A stretch of 64,000 nucleotides of DNA from an uncultured bacterium (GCA_964636385.1 CAZWSC010000078.1:42874-106873), one strand, 5' to 3'. Counted from the first letter of the stretch, positions 26,348-36,476 are shown. Numbers and translations are program-made. The notes: generated from the sequence alone by a model not told the origin.

Positions 26348-28012
26348 TCAGCCGGCCCCGCTGCTGCCCCCGCCTCCGGCACCGCCGGCGCCTCCCGCTG
26401 CCGCACTGCCTCCGGCAGTAACCGTTGATGTGACCACGGCTAGGGTGGCGGCCGTGTCCCACGATCCGTCTTCCAGGCGGGGCAGCCACACCGGAGCCTG
26501 AATGCCCCAACGGTTGGCGGCCCGGGTCCATTTCTTCGCGCAGCCAAAGGTCACGGCGTAGGGGAGCCAGGCAACATACCGGTCCTCGTCAAGGGGAGTC
26601 TTCCCGCCGGCAGCCTGCTTCAGGTACTCGCCGAACCCCTTCCACTGGCGGGCGCGGTCCCGTCCTACGGCTGTCCAGAGCGGGAAGGCCTGGGAGGCGA
26701 TCCCGAAGGCCGCCGCCGGCAGCAGGAGTGCTGCGGGAATGGCGAACCCCGCAGCCCCTGCCCATCCGATGAGCAGGATGTTCAGCAGCACCAGGACGAG
26801 GCCGGCAAGGAGCAGTATCACTCCGCAAGTGGCCAGCAGGCGTCGGGCTTCCCGTCCCGCCGGGTCCAGGTCCCCCCTCCGTTCCAGCTCTCCCAGCAGC
26901 GCCTTTCGGCAGACCGGCTGCGACTTGAGCAGGCGTTTCTGCGCTTTGGACCACTTGATCGACTCGCCGGCCCCGGCCTGCCCGAAGATCGAATCCAGGA
27001 GGACCGACTCCCATTCCTCCGCAGGCGGAACGCCGAGCCTCACGAGGTCCGGGGGCTTTCCCTTCTTCTTCGGGCCCTTGCTTTCCTTTGCGAAGCGGAC
27101 GGATCCCGCACGTCCAAGGTCAAAAAGAATCGCCACGATCTGGCTTGTCCACGCATTCCCGTGAACCAGGGATCCTGACAGGGCTGCCGGAAGCTTCTCC
27201 GGCGGCTGCGGGATGATGGGAGGCTTTCCCCCGAGGGATGCTGATGCGCCCGGGCTGAGCCGCGCTTTCATCCGGCGCCACATCTGTACAAGCATGGCAA
27301 GCCCGCCCAGGAAGATCGCGCCCGCAACAGCCAGGATGTAGGGCGTCCTGGCGCCCCTTGCCTTCTCGGCCAGCTGCCACGATGCCGTGGAAGCGGCAGG
27401 CAGAAGATCCGCCCAGTCTGCCCGTACGCGCAGGGTCGTCTCGGGCGGCAACCGCCGGGGGCCGATCAGGAAACCCTCGTCCACGGGCTGGATGGGGGCT
27501 GCAGAAGGCTCTGTGGCGATCTCGACCGGTGCGGGAACACGCGGACCGCGCATCAGCAGGGCATCCGCGTGATCTATGCGGTACGGCCTGTCATAGGGGA
27601 AGAGATTCCAGCGCAGTACCGAGCGTCCGTCCCTGATTTCTGCGGCTCCCAGCGCCTGGTATTCCAGAACGAAGGTGCGCGTTGTGTCGCGGATCGGTTC
27701 GAAGCGCCACATAACCTCGAGGAGACGGCGGCGCTGCTTGAGCTGGGGTGATTCCGATGCGCTGATGAACTCGATCCCGTCCGTGCGATCGGTCGGTATG
27801 CCGCGAAAGAAGTAGGTGAACTCTCCGCCCTCGAAGCGGATCCTGACGGTTTCGCGAACGTGCAGGTCGCCGCTGCCGGCGATTGTGATCTCGGTCCTGT
27901 AGTGCTCGGCGAAGTAGGTCTTGTCAGCCCCATCGGTCGGGGCCGTGCAGAGGCAGAGGGCCAGGAGGAGCAGCGCCGTGGAAAACCGGCGGATGAGGAT
28001 GCGCGTTATCAT
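26348..28012 (-). CDS. DUF2207-family membrane protein with a Gly/Ser/Ala-rich C-terminal tail
   Basis: N-terminal signal, large extracytoplasmic domain, TM helices, YVAWLPYAVTFG motif, GGSAAAGGAGGAGGGGSSGAG tail. Confidence 0.6.
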   Translation of the reverse strand: MITRILIRRFSTALLLLALCLCTAPTDGADKTYFAEHYRTEITIAGSGDLHVRETVRIRFEGGEFTYFFRGIPTDRTDGIEFISASESPQLKQRRRLLEVMWRFEPIRDTTRTFVLEYQALGAAEIRDGRSVLRWNLFPYDRPYRIDHADALLMRGPRVPAPVEIATEPSAAPIQPVDEGFLIGPRRLPPETTLRVRADWADLLPAASTASWQLAEKARGARTPYILAVAGAIFLGGLAMLVQMWRRMKARLSPGASASLGGKPPIIPQPPEKLPAALSGSLVHGNAWTSQIVAILFDLGRAGSVRFAKESKGPKKKGKPPDLVRLGVPPAEEWESVLLDSIFGQAGAGESIKWSKAQKRLLKSQPVCRKALLGELERRGDLDPAGREARRLLATCGVILLLAGLVLVLLNILLIGWAGAAGFAIPAALLLPAAAFGIASQAFPLWTAVGRDRARQWKGFGEYLKQAAGGKTPLDEDRYVAWLPYAVTFGCAKKWTRAANRWGIQAPVWLPRLEDGSWDTAATLAVVTSTVTAGGSAAAGGAGGAGGGGSSGAG

Positions 28013-29019
28013 GATCCGCAGGCCGGCCATAGCCAGGCGGCTCCACGCACGCCGCTGGAGTCGCCATGCCTTGCCCTGACGAGCCTCGTGTCCACCCGGT
28101 CGGAGAAGACCCATGTCGACCACAGCCTGGGCACATGCTCGCATATGCTGTTCAGGTTGGACATCCCTCCGGCGAGGACTATGACATCAGGATCGAGCGT
28201 GTTGATGACCGATGCCAGCGCCCTGGCGAGCCTGTCGGCGTAGCGTCTGAGCGCTCCCTGGGCTGTCGGGTCTCCGGCCTGGGCCGCCCGGTCGATGGCG
28301 ACCGGATCCACATCTTCGCTGTCCATCTCGTACCTGCTGTGCAGCCTGCTGTCGGATGAGGAGAGGGACTCCAGGTAGTCGCGGACGAGACCCGGCCCGG
28401 AGAGGAATGTCTCTATGCAACCCGTACGGCCGCAATAGCAGGAGCAGCCCGGCAACTCGTCCATGGAAGGCCAGGGGAGGGGGTTGTGACCCCATTCCCC
28501 CGCGATCGCGTTCGGGCCCTTGAGCACCCTTCCGTCCACGACAATGCCCCCGCCGGTGCCTGTGCCGAGGATCACGCCAAAGACAACTCCTGCGCCCTCT
28601 GCGGCGCCGTCGACCGCCTCGGAGAGGGTCATGCAGTTCGCGTCGTTCGCGAAGCGGAGCGGACGGCCCAGCAGCGCCTCGAGATCCCGCGCCATCGGCC
28701 GGCCGTTCAGCCAGGTTGAGTTGGCGTTCTTGACGAGTCCCGTAGCCGGCGAGATAGCCCCGGGCGTGCCTATGCCGACTGTGGCGGTTGAGGCGGGCTC
28801 CACGGGAAAGGATGCGGCATCCATCGCGAAGGAGTTGCCTGTGGGTGCGTACTTCGCGCTGCCGGTCTCGGCTTCGCCCACAAGCGCGGCAATCGCCTTC
28901 AGGGTTCCCTCGTAATCCCCGCGTGGGGTGGGAACCCTCTTGCGGAAGAGGACGCTGCCGTCATCCGCAAGGGCTATGCACTCGATCTTGGTGCCGCCTA
29001 AGTCAATTCCGATTCGCAT
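28009..29019 (-). CDS. ROK-family sugar kinase (fructokinase / N-acetylglucosamine kinase-like)
   Basis: MRIGIDLGGTK. ROK zinc motif CYCGRTGCIET. Glycine-rich ATPase motifs. Confidence 0.75.
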   Translation of the reverse strand: MRIGIDLGGTKIECIALADDGSVLFRKRVPTPRGDYEGTLKAIAALVGEAETGSAKYAPTGNSFAMDAASFPVEPASTATVGIGTPGAISPATGLVKNANSTWLNGRPMARDLEALLGRPLRFANDANCMTLSEAVDGAAEGAGVVFGVILGTGTGGGIVVDGRVLKGPNAIAGEWGHNPLPWPSMDELPGCSCYCGRTGCIETFLSGPGLVRDYLESLSSSDSRLHSRYEMDSEDVDPVAIDRAAQAGDPTAQGALRRYADRLARALASVINTLDPDVIVLAGGMSNLNSICEHVPRLWSTWVFSDRVDTRLVRARHGDSSGVRGAAWLWPACGS

Positions 29020-29082
29020 CGCATCAAGTAGAAGCTCAGGAGGGCTGCGGGTCAAGGAAATGACGGTCCCGTGCCCGCAGGA

Positions 29083-30033
29083 TCATCCAGTGGCACCCGG
29101 TCGCGGGGATCTGCCGAAGGCCCTGCGAAGGCCTCTCCCCATGACCGCTGCCAGTCCTCGTTTCGCCTTCATCCTTCGCATCAGTTCCGGGAGGGCGGCT
29201 CGCATTGCATCCTCTCCCGCCTGCACCAGATCATCCACAGCCCAGAAGTTGGCCCAGTGGAAGTCCCCCACGTCGGGTGTCACGACCAGGTCGGCATCCC
29301 TCAGCACCAGCCTGTTCAGACGATCCCGCGCTATCTGGTCTGCGCGCATCAGGATCTCGATGCCGGTCCGGTAGTCGTCCCTGGTGTGGGTTCGTGAGGG
29401 GAGGTCCAGGGCCAGCACGAAATCGGCTCCCAGCTCACGGCAGACGCTCACCGGCACCCGATACGGCCCGCCGCCGTCCACGAGAAGAGCCTCATTCGTG
29501 GCCAGTGGAGGGAAGACGCCGGGGATGGCGCTGCTCGCATACACGGCATCCACCAGCTCTCCGCTCCGGAAGATGCATGGTTCGCCCGTTATCAGATCCA
29601 CCGCTACGCACGCGAACGGGAGACGGAGGTCCTCAACCCGGTCGGTGTCGAAGAACCTTCGCAGTGGGGCGCGAAGCACGGCTGCGTCCTGCAGCGCCGG
29701 AGAGGTGAAGGTGCGGAACTTGAGAACCCGCCGCTGGATCGCATGGCCAAGCTCCAGGATGAGGTTGCGGTCCTTCTCCCCGGGATCATCCTCCTGAAAT
29801 GGCTTCAAGCTCGCTTTCAGTTTCGGGTCTTCGATGTATTCGCGGATCTTTCGGTCAACGGACTCGGCACTGAGCGAATCTGCGTACAGCGCCCCGATTA
29901 TTGCACCCATACTTGTTCCGGCCACGCATGCCGGGCGGACTCCGGCTTCTTCCAGAACGGCGAGCGCGCCGATGTGCGCAAGTCCGCGCGCTCCTCCGCT
30001 GCCCAGCGCCAGCCCCAGGCGAATCACCAGCAC
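29083..30033 (-). CDS. Patatin-like phospholipase
   Basis: GSGGARG oxyanion hole. GTSMG (GXSXG). Catalytic Asp in the DGG motif (LVDGGG). Confidence 0.75.
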   Translation of the reverse strand: MLVIRLGLALGSGGARGLAHIGALAVLEEAGVRPACVAGTSMGAIIGALYADSLSAESVDRKIREYIEDPKLKASLKPFQEDDPGEKDRNLILELGHAIQRRVLKFRTFTSPALQDAAVLRAPLRRFFDTDRVEDLRLPFACVAVDLITGEPCIFRSGELVDAVYASSAIPGVFPPLATNEALLVDGGGPYRVPVSVCRELGADFVLALDLPSRTHTRDDYRTGIEILMRADQIARDRLNRLVLRDADLVVTPDVGDFHWANFWAVDDLVQAGEDAMRAALPELMRRMKAKRGLAAVMGRGLRRAFGRSPRPGATG

Positions 30034-30064
30034 CCCTCCCGGTTATGGACCGTGTGTCCGCTGT

Positions 30065-30850
30065 TCAGCGCCCCTTCGCTTCTCCGGTCATCGGCACGAA
30101 CCGGACGGGAACTGCGCGCCTTTCCATCACTGATCCGTCCTGTGCCTTCTCCACCAGTATCAGATGCTGAAACTGGTCACCCACGGGGATGACCATCCTT
30201 CCCCCTGGAGCCAGCTGATCCACCAGGGGTTGTGGCACATGATCCGGCGCGGCAGCGACGATGATGCAGTCGAATGGCGCATGCTCCGGCCAGCCGCGGT
30301 ATCCGTCGCCCTGCCGCACCTCCACATTCTCGTAGCCGAGCCGCTTCAGCCTTTCGGCCCCCTCCACTGCGAGTTCAGGCAGGATCTCGATGCCGTAGAC
30401 CTGATTGGTCAGTTCGGCCAGGATGGCGGCCTGGTAGCCCGAACCTGTTCCTATGTCCAGCGCGCGGTCTCCCGGCTCGGGCCTTACGAGCTCAGTCATC
30501 AGGGCGACGATGTACGGCTGTGAGATCGTCTGTCCGTGCCCTATCGCCAGCGGACGATCGTCGTATGCCTGATCACTGAGGGCATCCGGTACGAACTTCT
30601 GCCGGGGGACCCTGCCCATCACCTCAAGGACCCGCGGATCCTCGATACCCCTGGCCTGAATGTGGTGTGTCACCATCAGTGCGCGACGGAGGTCATGAAT
30701 GGCCTCCTCCGATACGCCTTCATCCTCCGCACCGGCAGTCGGAACAGCATCGGTGTCCGATTCGGCATGCGGGTATGCCTGCGGGGAAATCGCGGGGAAG
30801 AAGGCGGCAATCGACACGGGAATCCAGTGCAGGAGCTGCGATTGTGCCAC
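30065..30850 (-). CDS. pcm: Protein-L-isoaspartate O-methyltransferase, possibly exported (signal-like N-terminus)
   Basis: PCMT motifs (ALDIGTGSGYQAAILAEL; VIPVG). GTG start preceded by GGGAGGG-TAAC. Hydrophobic N-terminus LLHWIPVSIAAFFPAISPQAYP. Confidence 0.75.
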   Translation of the reverse strand: MAQSQLLHWIPVSIAAFFPAISPQAYPHAESDTDAVPTAGAEDEGVSEEAIHDLRRALMVTHHIQARGIEDPRVLEVMGRVPRQKFVPDALSDQAYDDRPLAIGHGQTISQPYIVALMTELVRPEPGDRALDIGTGSGYQAAILAELTNQVYGIEILPELAVEGAERLKRLGYENVEVRQGDGYRGWPEHAPFDCIIVAAAPDHVPQPLVDQLAPGGRMVIPVGDQFQHLILVEKAQDGSVMERRAVPVRFVPMTGEAKGR

Positions 30851-31041
30851 GTTACCCTCCCGGTTACGGGGCCGGATCTGCTGAACGTGCTTCCCGCAGT
30901 ATCTGGGGGAGGCCGGGCTTAAGCAAGGGGTCCGGGCAGTGGGGCTGTCCGGACCGGCTGTTGCGACCCGGTGCCCGCAGACCGTCATGCAGTAGTAGAG
31001 GCGCGGGCAGGATCGGGCTATCTTCCGAAGAGGTGCGCCGC

Positions 31042-31578
31042 ATGATCCCTGCCCTGCGAAAGGAAGAGCTGATGCTGGACGCAGAAGAGATTGTACGAAA
31101 GCTGGATCTGAAACTGCACCCGGTCGAGGGCGGGTACTTCTCCGAGACCTACAGGTCGGAGGAGACGCTGCGCACGGGCCGGTCGGGTCAGCGACACCGG
31201 GACAGCAGATCACTGGCAACCGCCATCTACTACCTTCTCAAGCCTGGAACAGTCTCTTCCCTGCACAGGCTTGCCGGAGATGAGCTGTTCCACTTCTACC
31301 TGGGCGATCCCGTGGAGATGCTTCAGCTCCATCCGGGAGGCAGGTCGCGTCTGCTGGTTCTCGGGACGGATCTGGAAGCCGGGATGCGGCCGCAGGTCCT
31401 CGTGCCCCGGGGTGTGTGGCAGGGATCGCGCCTGGTTCCGGGCGGAAGGCTGGCGCTCCTGGGCACAACCATGGCACCGGGCTTCGATCCCGACGACTAC
31501 GAGCAGGGGGAGTTCGGGGTGCTGTCCGCAGCCTGGCCGCAACACCGGGATCTGATCCGGACCCTGCTGCCGGGCTGA
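31042..31578 (+). CDS. Cupin-domain protein (DUF985/cupin_5-like)
   Basis: Size and beta-rich composition. GYFSETYRS...GDELFHFYLGDPVEM pattern of the DUF985 cupin. Confidence 0.5.
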   Translation: MIPALRKEELMLDAEEIVRKLDLKLHPVEGGYFSETYRSEETLRTGRSGQRHRDSRSLATAIYYLLKPGTVSSLHRLAGDELFHFYLGDPVEMLQLHPGGRSRLLVLGTDLEAGMRPQVLVPRGVWQGSRLVPGGRLALLGTTMAPGFDPDDYEQGEFGVLSAAWPQHRDLIRTLLPG

Positions 31579-31626
31579 TCCTCCCGGCGGATGCGCCCTG
31601 TCACGTGCAGTGTGCGGGGCCGTCGT

Positions 31627-32526
31627 TCACTCGTCCGAGCTCTGGATGGGGCCGAACCCCTCGCCAAGAACCTCCTTGGCCGGGGCGATCGTAACGAAGG
31701 AGTGCGGGTCGATCTCGGCCAGAATCCGCTTCAGTCGGATTACCTCGTTCGATGCCAGGACAACCAGCAGCACCGGACGGGAAACGCGGCTGAATCCGCC
31801 CCGCGCCTCCAGAAAGGTCACGCCGCGGTTGAGGCGCTCGAAGACCGCCTTGCACACCTCTTCCTGCCTCCCGGTGATTATGAGTGCGGCGCGGGTGTGT
31901 GCGAATCCCTCCTGTACAAGATCCAGAACGCGCGCGGAGACGAATGCGAGGGCCAGTGCAACCATCACAGCCTCCATGCCGAACTGGAACGCAGCCGCCC
32001 CGAAGATGATCGCGTTCATCAACAGCAGGGACTGGCCGATCGGAAAGCCCAGAAACCGCCTTGCCAGCCGGGCCAGCACATCAGTCCCGCCGGTGGTTCC
32101 CCTGCCCCGGAAGACGAGCCCCAGCCCGACGCCGTCCACCAGCCCCCCGTAACAGATGATGAGAAGGCGGTCGCTGGTCGGGGAGGTCAGGTACGGGGCG
32201 GTGAGATCGATCCCGAATGACAGGACCGCCACCGCCACCGCTGTCCGTATGAAGAAGCGCAGCCCTCCCGCGTGGCGCCATCCCAGGTAGAGCAGCGGTA
32301 CGTTCATCACGAGAACGGCCATGCCGACCGGAACGTTGATCAGCGAGTGCAGCAGAATCGCCACGCCCGTGACTCCGCCGGCTACCACGTCGTTCGGCAC
32401 GAAGAACAGGTTGGTTCCAACGGCCACGAGCATCGAACCGATGATGATCTGGGCATAGTCGAAGACCACCTCGTGGAGCCTGGGCTTCCTGAAGACGGTG
32501 GAGGACGTCACGGCCTGCATCTTCAA
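31627..32526 (-). CDS. YitT-family membrane protein (DUF161 + DUF2179)
   Basis: N-terminal TM domain with GGTTGGTD. C-terminal DUF2179-like soluble domain. Confidence 0.65.
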   Translation of the reverse strand: MKMQAVTSSTVFRKPRLHEVVFDYAQIIIGSMLVAVGTNLFFVPNDVVAGGVTGVAILLHSLINVPVGMAVLVMNVPLLYLGWRHAGGLRFFIRTAVAVAVLSFGIDLTAPYLTSPTSDRLLIICYGGLVDGVGLGLVFRGRGTTGGTDVLARLARRFLGFPIGQSLLLMNAIIFGAAAFQFGMEAVMVALALAFVSARVLDLVQEGFAHTRAALIITGRQEEVCKAVFERLNRGVTFLEARGGFSRVSRPVLLVVLASNEVIRLKRILAEIDPHSFVTIAPAKEVLGEGFGPIQSSDE

Positions 32527-32536
32527 GGGAGGTACC

Positions 32537-33226
32537 TCATCTGCGGCCTGTGACCTCTTCAGCGATCACCCTGGCCTTGTAGGCGAGATTGGAGGCGCCT
32601 GTGACATCGCCACGGGCGAGTGCCTCCCGGGCCTGCTGTACAAGGCCGAGGGATGTCTCGAGCTTGTCGCGCTGAGCCTGGGGAAGCGCGCGCAGGGCGG
32701 AACGACGGGCCAGCGAGTCGGCCAGCGCGATGTCGCGCAGGGCCGTCCGCTCCATCCGCAGGCGCGACGATGGAGGCAGGTCGACGGCTATCTCCGGAGG
32801 CGCCGGCTGCGGAAGGGTGACAGCGGGTGCACCTAGCGAATCGCTCGGACCGGGAGATAGGGAGTCGAGGATGGCACGATATGCTGCTGCCGCCGCGGAG
32901 TCGGCCGTTGCGAGGTAGGCGGCGACGGCGGCCGAATCTGCGGTTGCCGGTGGGCGAGGCGAAACGACCGGTTCTGCAGGCCGGGGCAGTGGTGTCGCCT
33001 CAACCGGGCCGAAGACCATGGGCCATGGGCGCACCACAGGTTCGCGCCGGAGGGTGTCCGACGGAGTTGCCGCGGTGGCGTCCTCATGCAGCAAAGCAGG
33101 CTTCTCCGGGGGAGGCGGCCCCACTGTGGGAGAGGGTCCCGGATTCGGCAGGGGCAGACATCCGCCTGCCGCAGTCGCCAGCAGGAGCCACCGGGCGATC
33201 CCCCGAGTTCCCTGCCGCTTCCTCAT
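32537..33226 (-). CDS. Pro/Ala-rich lipoprotein, hypothetical
   Basis: Signal with lipobox LLLATAAGGC. Low-complexity Pro-rich linker. Confidence 0.5.
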   Translation of the reverse strand: MRKRQGTRGIARWLLLATAAGGCLPLPNPGPSPTVGPPPPEKPALLHEDATAATPSDTLRREPVVRPWPMVFGPVEATPLPRPAEPVVSPRPPATADSAAVAAYLATADSAAAAAYRAILDSLSPGPSDSLGAPAVTLPQPAPPEIAVDLPPSSRLRMERTALRDIALADSLARRSALRALPQAQRDKLETSLGLVQQAREALARGDVTGASNLAYKARVIAEEVTGRR

Positions 33227-35046
33227 GATTGCTCCCTGAAGTTCTCTGCGGCAGGTATACGGACAACGACGGTGGTCCCGGATCCCGGACGCGACCGGAT
33301 TTCCACCTCGCCGTTGTGCATCTCCACTGCCTGCCGCACAAGTGCCAGGCCGACTCCGGTTCCGCCATCCTTCGTTGTGAAGTAGAGGTCGAAGACCTTG
33401 TCCATGTTCTCTTCCGGGATGCCGGGTCCCGTGTCTTCGATCTCAAGGCAGAGTTCGCCGTTCTCGGGACGGCCGCGTACCATCACGTTTCCCTCCCTGG
33501 ACGGTGTGGCCTGGATCGCGTTGCGTATCACGTTCTGGATCGCCTGTCGCAGGACTTCCCGGTCCGCCATGATCTGTGGCAATGGAGACTCCACCTGAAG
33601 TTCCAGATCGAGCCCCGCAAGGTTCGCCTCAGCCTCCTGGGTGCGGCGTATCTCGTTCAGCAGGTCGTCCGGCCGAACAGGATTCGGGTTCATGCGCTGC
33701 AGCCTGGCCACCTTGAGGAATCCGCTCACGGCCCGCTGCAGGCGTTGAATCTCCTCGCTCGCGACGGCCACGTGTTCTGTTATCTCCTGTGGGGGCATGT
33801 CCGGGTCGCTCCGAAGAATCCCGAGTTCGAAGTTGATCGACTGAAGGGGATTCCTGATCTCATGCGCCACGCCCGCAGCCATCTGGGCCAGGCGCGAGAG
33901 CACACGGGACTGGTCCACTACCGTGTGCAGGCGCCTGAGGGCGCCCATCTCCTTGATCTCGACAACAACGCCGTCAGCCCCTTCCGGGTCGGTTGTCCTG
34001 GTCCCGACCGCCACGTGGCCGAGTCCCGGTCCGTCACCGGGAAGGGCGACTGTGAGGCTTGGGATATCCTCGCGGAGCAGTGCCTCGGCGAGAAGTCTTA
34101 CCGGGTGGTCTGCACCAAGCGCGCTGTCCAGCGGCCTGCCCACAGCGGAACTGTCCAGGCCCAGGACTCTCTCAGCCGGGCCGTTGATCAGGATGATCAC
34201 ACAGTTCGAGTCGAGGGTCAGTACCCCATCGCCCAGCATCTCCATCGTGGTCCGGATCGTTCCATCCCTGTTCGATCTTTCCCGGGAGATCTGCTCGCTG
34301 AGCAGGTTCAGGTCGCGGGCAAGCCGGCTGAACTCATCCACTCCCGACTCCGGTATCCGGTCCTGGAGCCGGCCTTCGCGCAGCGCGGCGATCCCCGCCT
34401 CAAGGCGCCTGAACCTGCCCCGGATCGCAGCGGCCATTACGAGACCGACGAGTATCGCGAGGGAGATCTGGACAGTGGCCACCTTCAGGCTTCTTCTGAA
34501 GACCTCGTCAACGCGTTCATTGAGGAGCGTGCCCGCGATCCCGACCCTGATCGAGCCGAACGGGATTCCACCCAGAAGGAGCGGGACCTTGTCCTCGTAG
34601 AATCTGGGTGACCGGCGCAGGCTTGTCAGAAGCGACGCCGCCTCCCGGATGCTTCGCGCCCTGGGCATTTCGGGAGTCGGCCCGAGCCTCCTTCCGACCT
34701 GGTCCGGAGTCGTGTGAGCCAGGGCGGTACCTTCCGTGTTACACAGGGCTATGTACACGACGGACGGCGCCTTGGCCAGGGCGGCCTGCAGGAAGAGGTT
34801 CAGCCTCTCGTCTCCCCGCAGGGCCTCGGCCGGATCCCTGCCGGGTGTCCTGACGAGGTGGCCGATCTGGAGGAGGAGCGTCTGCGCGATCACGTCGCTC
34901 TCCGTCGACGCCCCTTCCGCCGCAAGGCGCACCACGCTTGCCATCTCCAGGAATCCGGACACCAGGATCACGACTGTAACGAGGACCAGAAGGACGATGA
35001 TCTGCCGTGGTCCCCAACCCATCCTCATTGCCCATCCTCCCGCCAC
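33223..35046 (-). CDS. Sensor histidine kinase (TM, HAMP, PAS-like, HisKA, HATPase_c)
   Basis: H-box HEIRNPLQSINFELGIL. N, G1, G2 boxes (RNAIQAT; IEDTGPGI; GGTGVGLALV). Two TM segments. Overlaps the upstream RR stop by 22 nt. Confidence 0.85.
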   Translation of the reverse strand: MAGGWAMRMGWGPRQIIVLLVLVTVVILVSGFLEMASVVRLAAEGASTESDVIAQTLLLQIGHLVRTPGRDPAEALRGDERLNLFLQAALAKAPSVVYIALCNTEGTALAHTTPDQVGRRLGPTPEMPRARSIREAASLLTSLRRSPRFYEDKVPLLLGGIPFGSIRVGIAGTLLNERVDEVFRRSLKVATVQISLAILVGLVMAAAIRGRFRRLEAGIAALREGRLQDRIPESGVDEFSRLARDLNLLSEQISRERSNRDGTIRTTMEMLGDGVLTLDSNCVIILINGPAERVLGLDSSAVGRPLDSALGADHPVRLLAEALLREDIPSLTVALPGDGPGLGHVAVGTRTTDPEGADGVVVEIKEMGALRRLHTVVDQSRVLSRLAQMAAGVAHEIRNPLQSINFELGILRSDPDMPPQEITEHVAVASEEIQRLQRAVSGFLKVARLQRMNPNPVRPDDLLNEIRRTQEAEANLAGLDLELQVESPLPQIMADREVLRQAIQNVIRNAIQATPSREGNVMVRGRPENGELCLEIEDTGPGIPEENMDKVFDLYFTTKDGGTGVGLALVRQAVEMHNGEVEIRSRPGSGTTVVVRIPAAENFREQS

Positions 35047-36476
35047 CGTCCGGCCCTGCGGTTACGCAATGCCTCACGGACTCCGTAACGGTTGAGCTTC
35101 GAATGGAGTGTCTTGGCGCTGATGCCGAGCATGGCGGCGGTCCGGGTCTTGTTGTCAGCGCAGTGTGCAAGAGTCTCCAGTATGACCTGTCTCTCGACAG
35201 CCTCCAGCGGCGCTCCGATCGGGATTCTGAGGCTGCTGTTGCCGGCTCCGCCCGGGACCGGGCTGACGTGTGCCTTGCGCGGGTCCTGGCTCTGAAGGAC
35301 TGCCGGAGGGAGGTACTCGGGCCGGATCTCATCCCCCTTGCACAGGATCACGGCACGCTGTACGGCGTTGCGGAGTTCACGCACATTGCCGGGCCAGTCA
35401 TAGCTCCGCATCGCTTCCATTGCGTCGATCGAGAAGCCGGCCACGGATCGGTTGTTCTCGTGCGCATACTCGCTTAGAAAGGCCTGTGCAAGAAGCGGGA
35501 TGTCCTCCATGCGCTCCCTGAGCGACGGCATCTGAAGCGTGAATACATTCAGCCGGAAGTAGAGATCCTCGCGCAGGGTTCCGTTGGACAGTCGTTCGTT
35601 GACGGAGACATTGGTTGCGGACAGAACGCGGACATCGACCGGGATCTCCCTGGATCCGCCGATCCGGCGGACCCGGTTGTCTTCCAGAACCCGCAGCAGC
35701 TTGCTCTGCAGGGAGACCGGCATCTCGGCGATCTCGTCCAGGAACAGGGTCCCCTGGTGGGCCAGCTCGAACACACCGGGACGGGTTGCATTGGCGGAGG
35801 TGAACGCCCCTCTTTCATGTCCGAGGATCTCGCTCTCGAGCAGGGTTTCGGGAATCGCGGCGCAACTGATTGCAACGAATCGATTGGAGGCGCGCGGACT
35901 CATACTGTGCAGTGTTCGCGCCACGACCTCCTTGCCGGTGCCGCTATCCCCTGTGATCAGAACCGGCGCCGATGAAGGTGCGATCTGGTCGATCATCCTG
36001 TAGATGGAGATCATGGCCGGTGAGCGCCCGATGAGTCTCTGGTACCTTCCGCTGCGCTCCATCTCCCGCCGGAGGAACCGCACCTCCTGGCGCATGGCCG
36101 AGCGCTCGAGACCCTTGCGGATGACGGTCTCCAGGCGTTCGGGCTCAACGGGCTTGGTGAGATAGTCGTACACACCACGGCGGGTGGCCTCCACCGCGCT
36201 GTCGATCGTGCCGTGCGCCGTCAGGACGACCGTGGTTGACTCTATGCCGTGATCGTTCAGATCAGCGATGAGGTCGATGCCGGAACGTCCAGGAAGCTGC
36301 AGGTCGGTGATCACGAGATCGGGTGTCCGCTCCAGCGCGATCTGCAGTGCCGTTTCGGCATCCGCTGCGAGGTCAACCGTGTGACCGAGGCCGCTGACGA
36401 TCCGTGCCAGGCCCTTACGGATCGGCTCTTCGTCATCAACGACCAGGATGCGTCTGGGTGTGTCGAGTGTTTCCAT
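35025..36476 (-). CDS. Sigma-54-dependent response regulator (NtrC family: REC, AAA+ sigma54-activation, Fis-type HTH)
   Basis: ILVVDDEEPIR...DLVITDLQLP. Walker A GDSGTGKE. GAFTSA (GAFTGA variant). ESELFGHE-like. C-terminal HTH. Confidence 0.9.
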   Translation of the reverse strand: METLDTPRRILVVDDEEPIRKGLARIVSGLGHTVDLAADAETALQIALERTPDLVITDLQLPGRSGIDLIADLNDHGIESTTVVLTAHGTIDSAVEATRRGVYDYLTKPVEPERLETVIRKGLERSAMRQEVRFLRREMERSGRYQRLIGRSPAMISIYRMIDQIAPSSAPVLITGDSGTGKEVVARTLHSMSPRASNRFVAISCAAIPETLLESEILGHERGAFTSANATRPGVFELAHQGTLFLDEIAEMPVSLQSKLLRVLEDNRVRRIGGSREIPVDVRVLSATNVSVNERLSNGTLREDLYFRLNVFTLQMPSLRERMEDIPLLAQAFLSEYAHENNRSVAGFSIDAMEAMRSYDWPGNVRELRNAVQRAVILCKGDEIRPEYLPPAVLQSQDPRKAHVSPVPGGAGNSSLRIPIGAPLEAVERQVILETLAHCADNKTRTAAMLGISAKTLHSKLNRYGVREALRNRRAGRWREDGQ

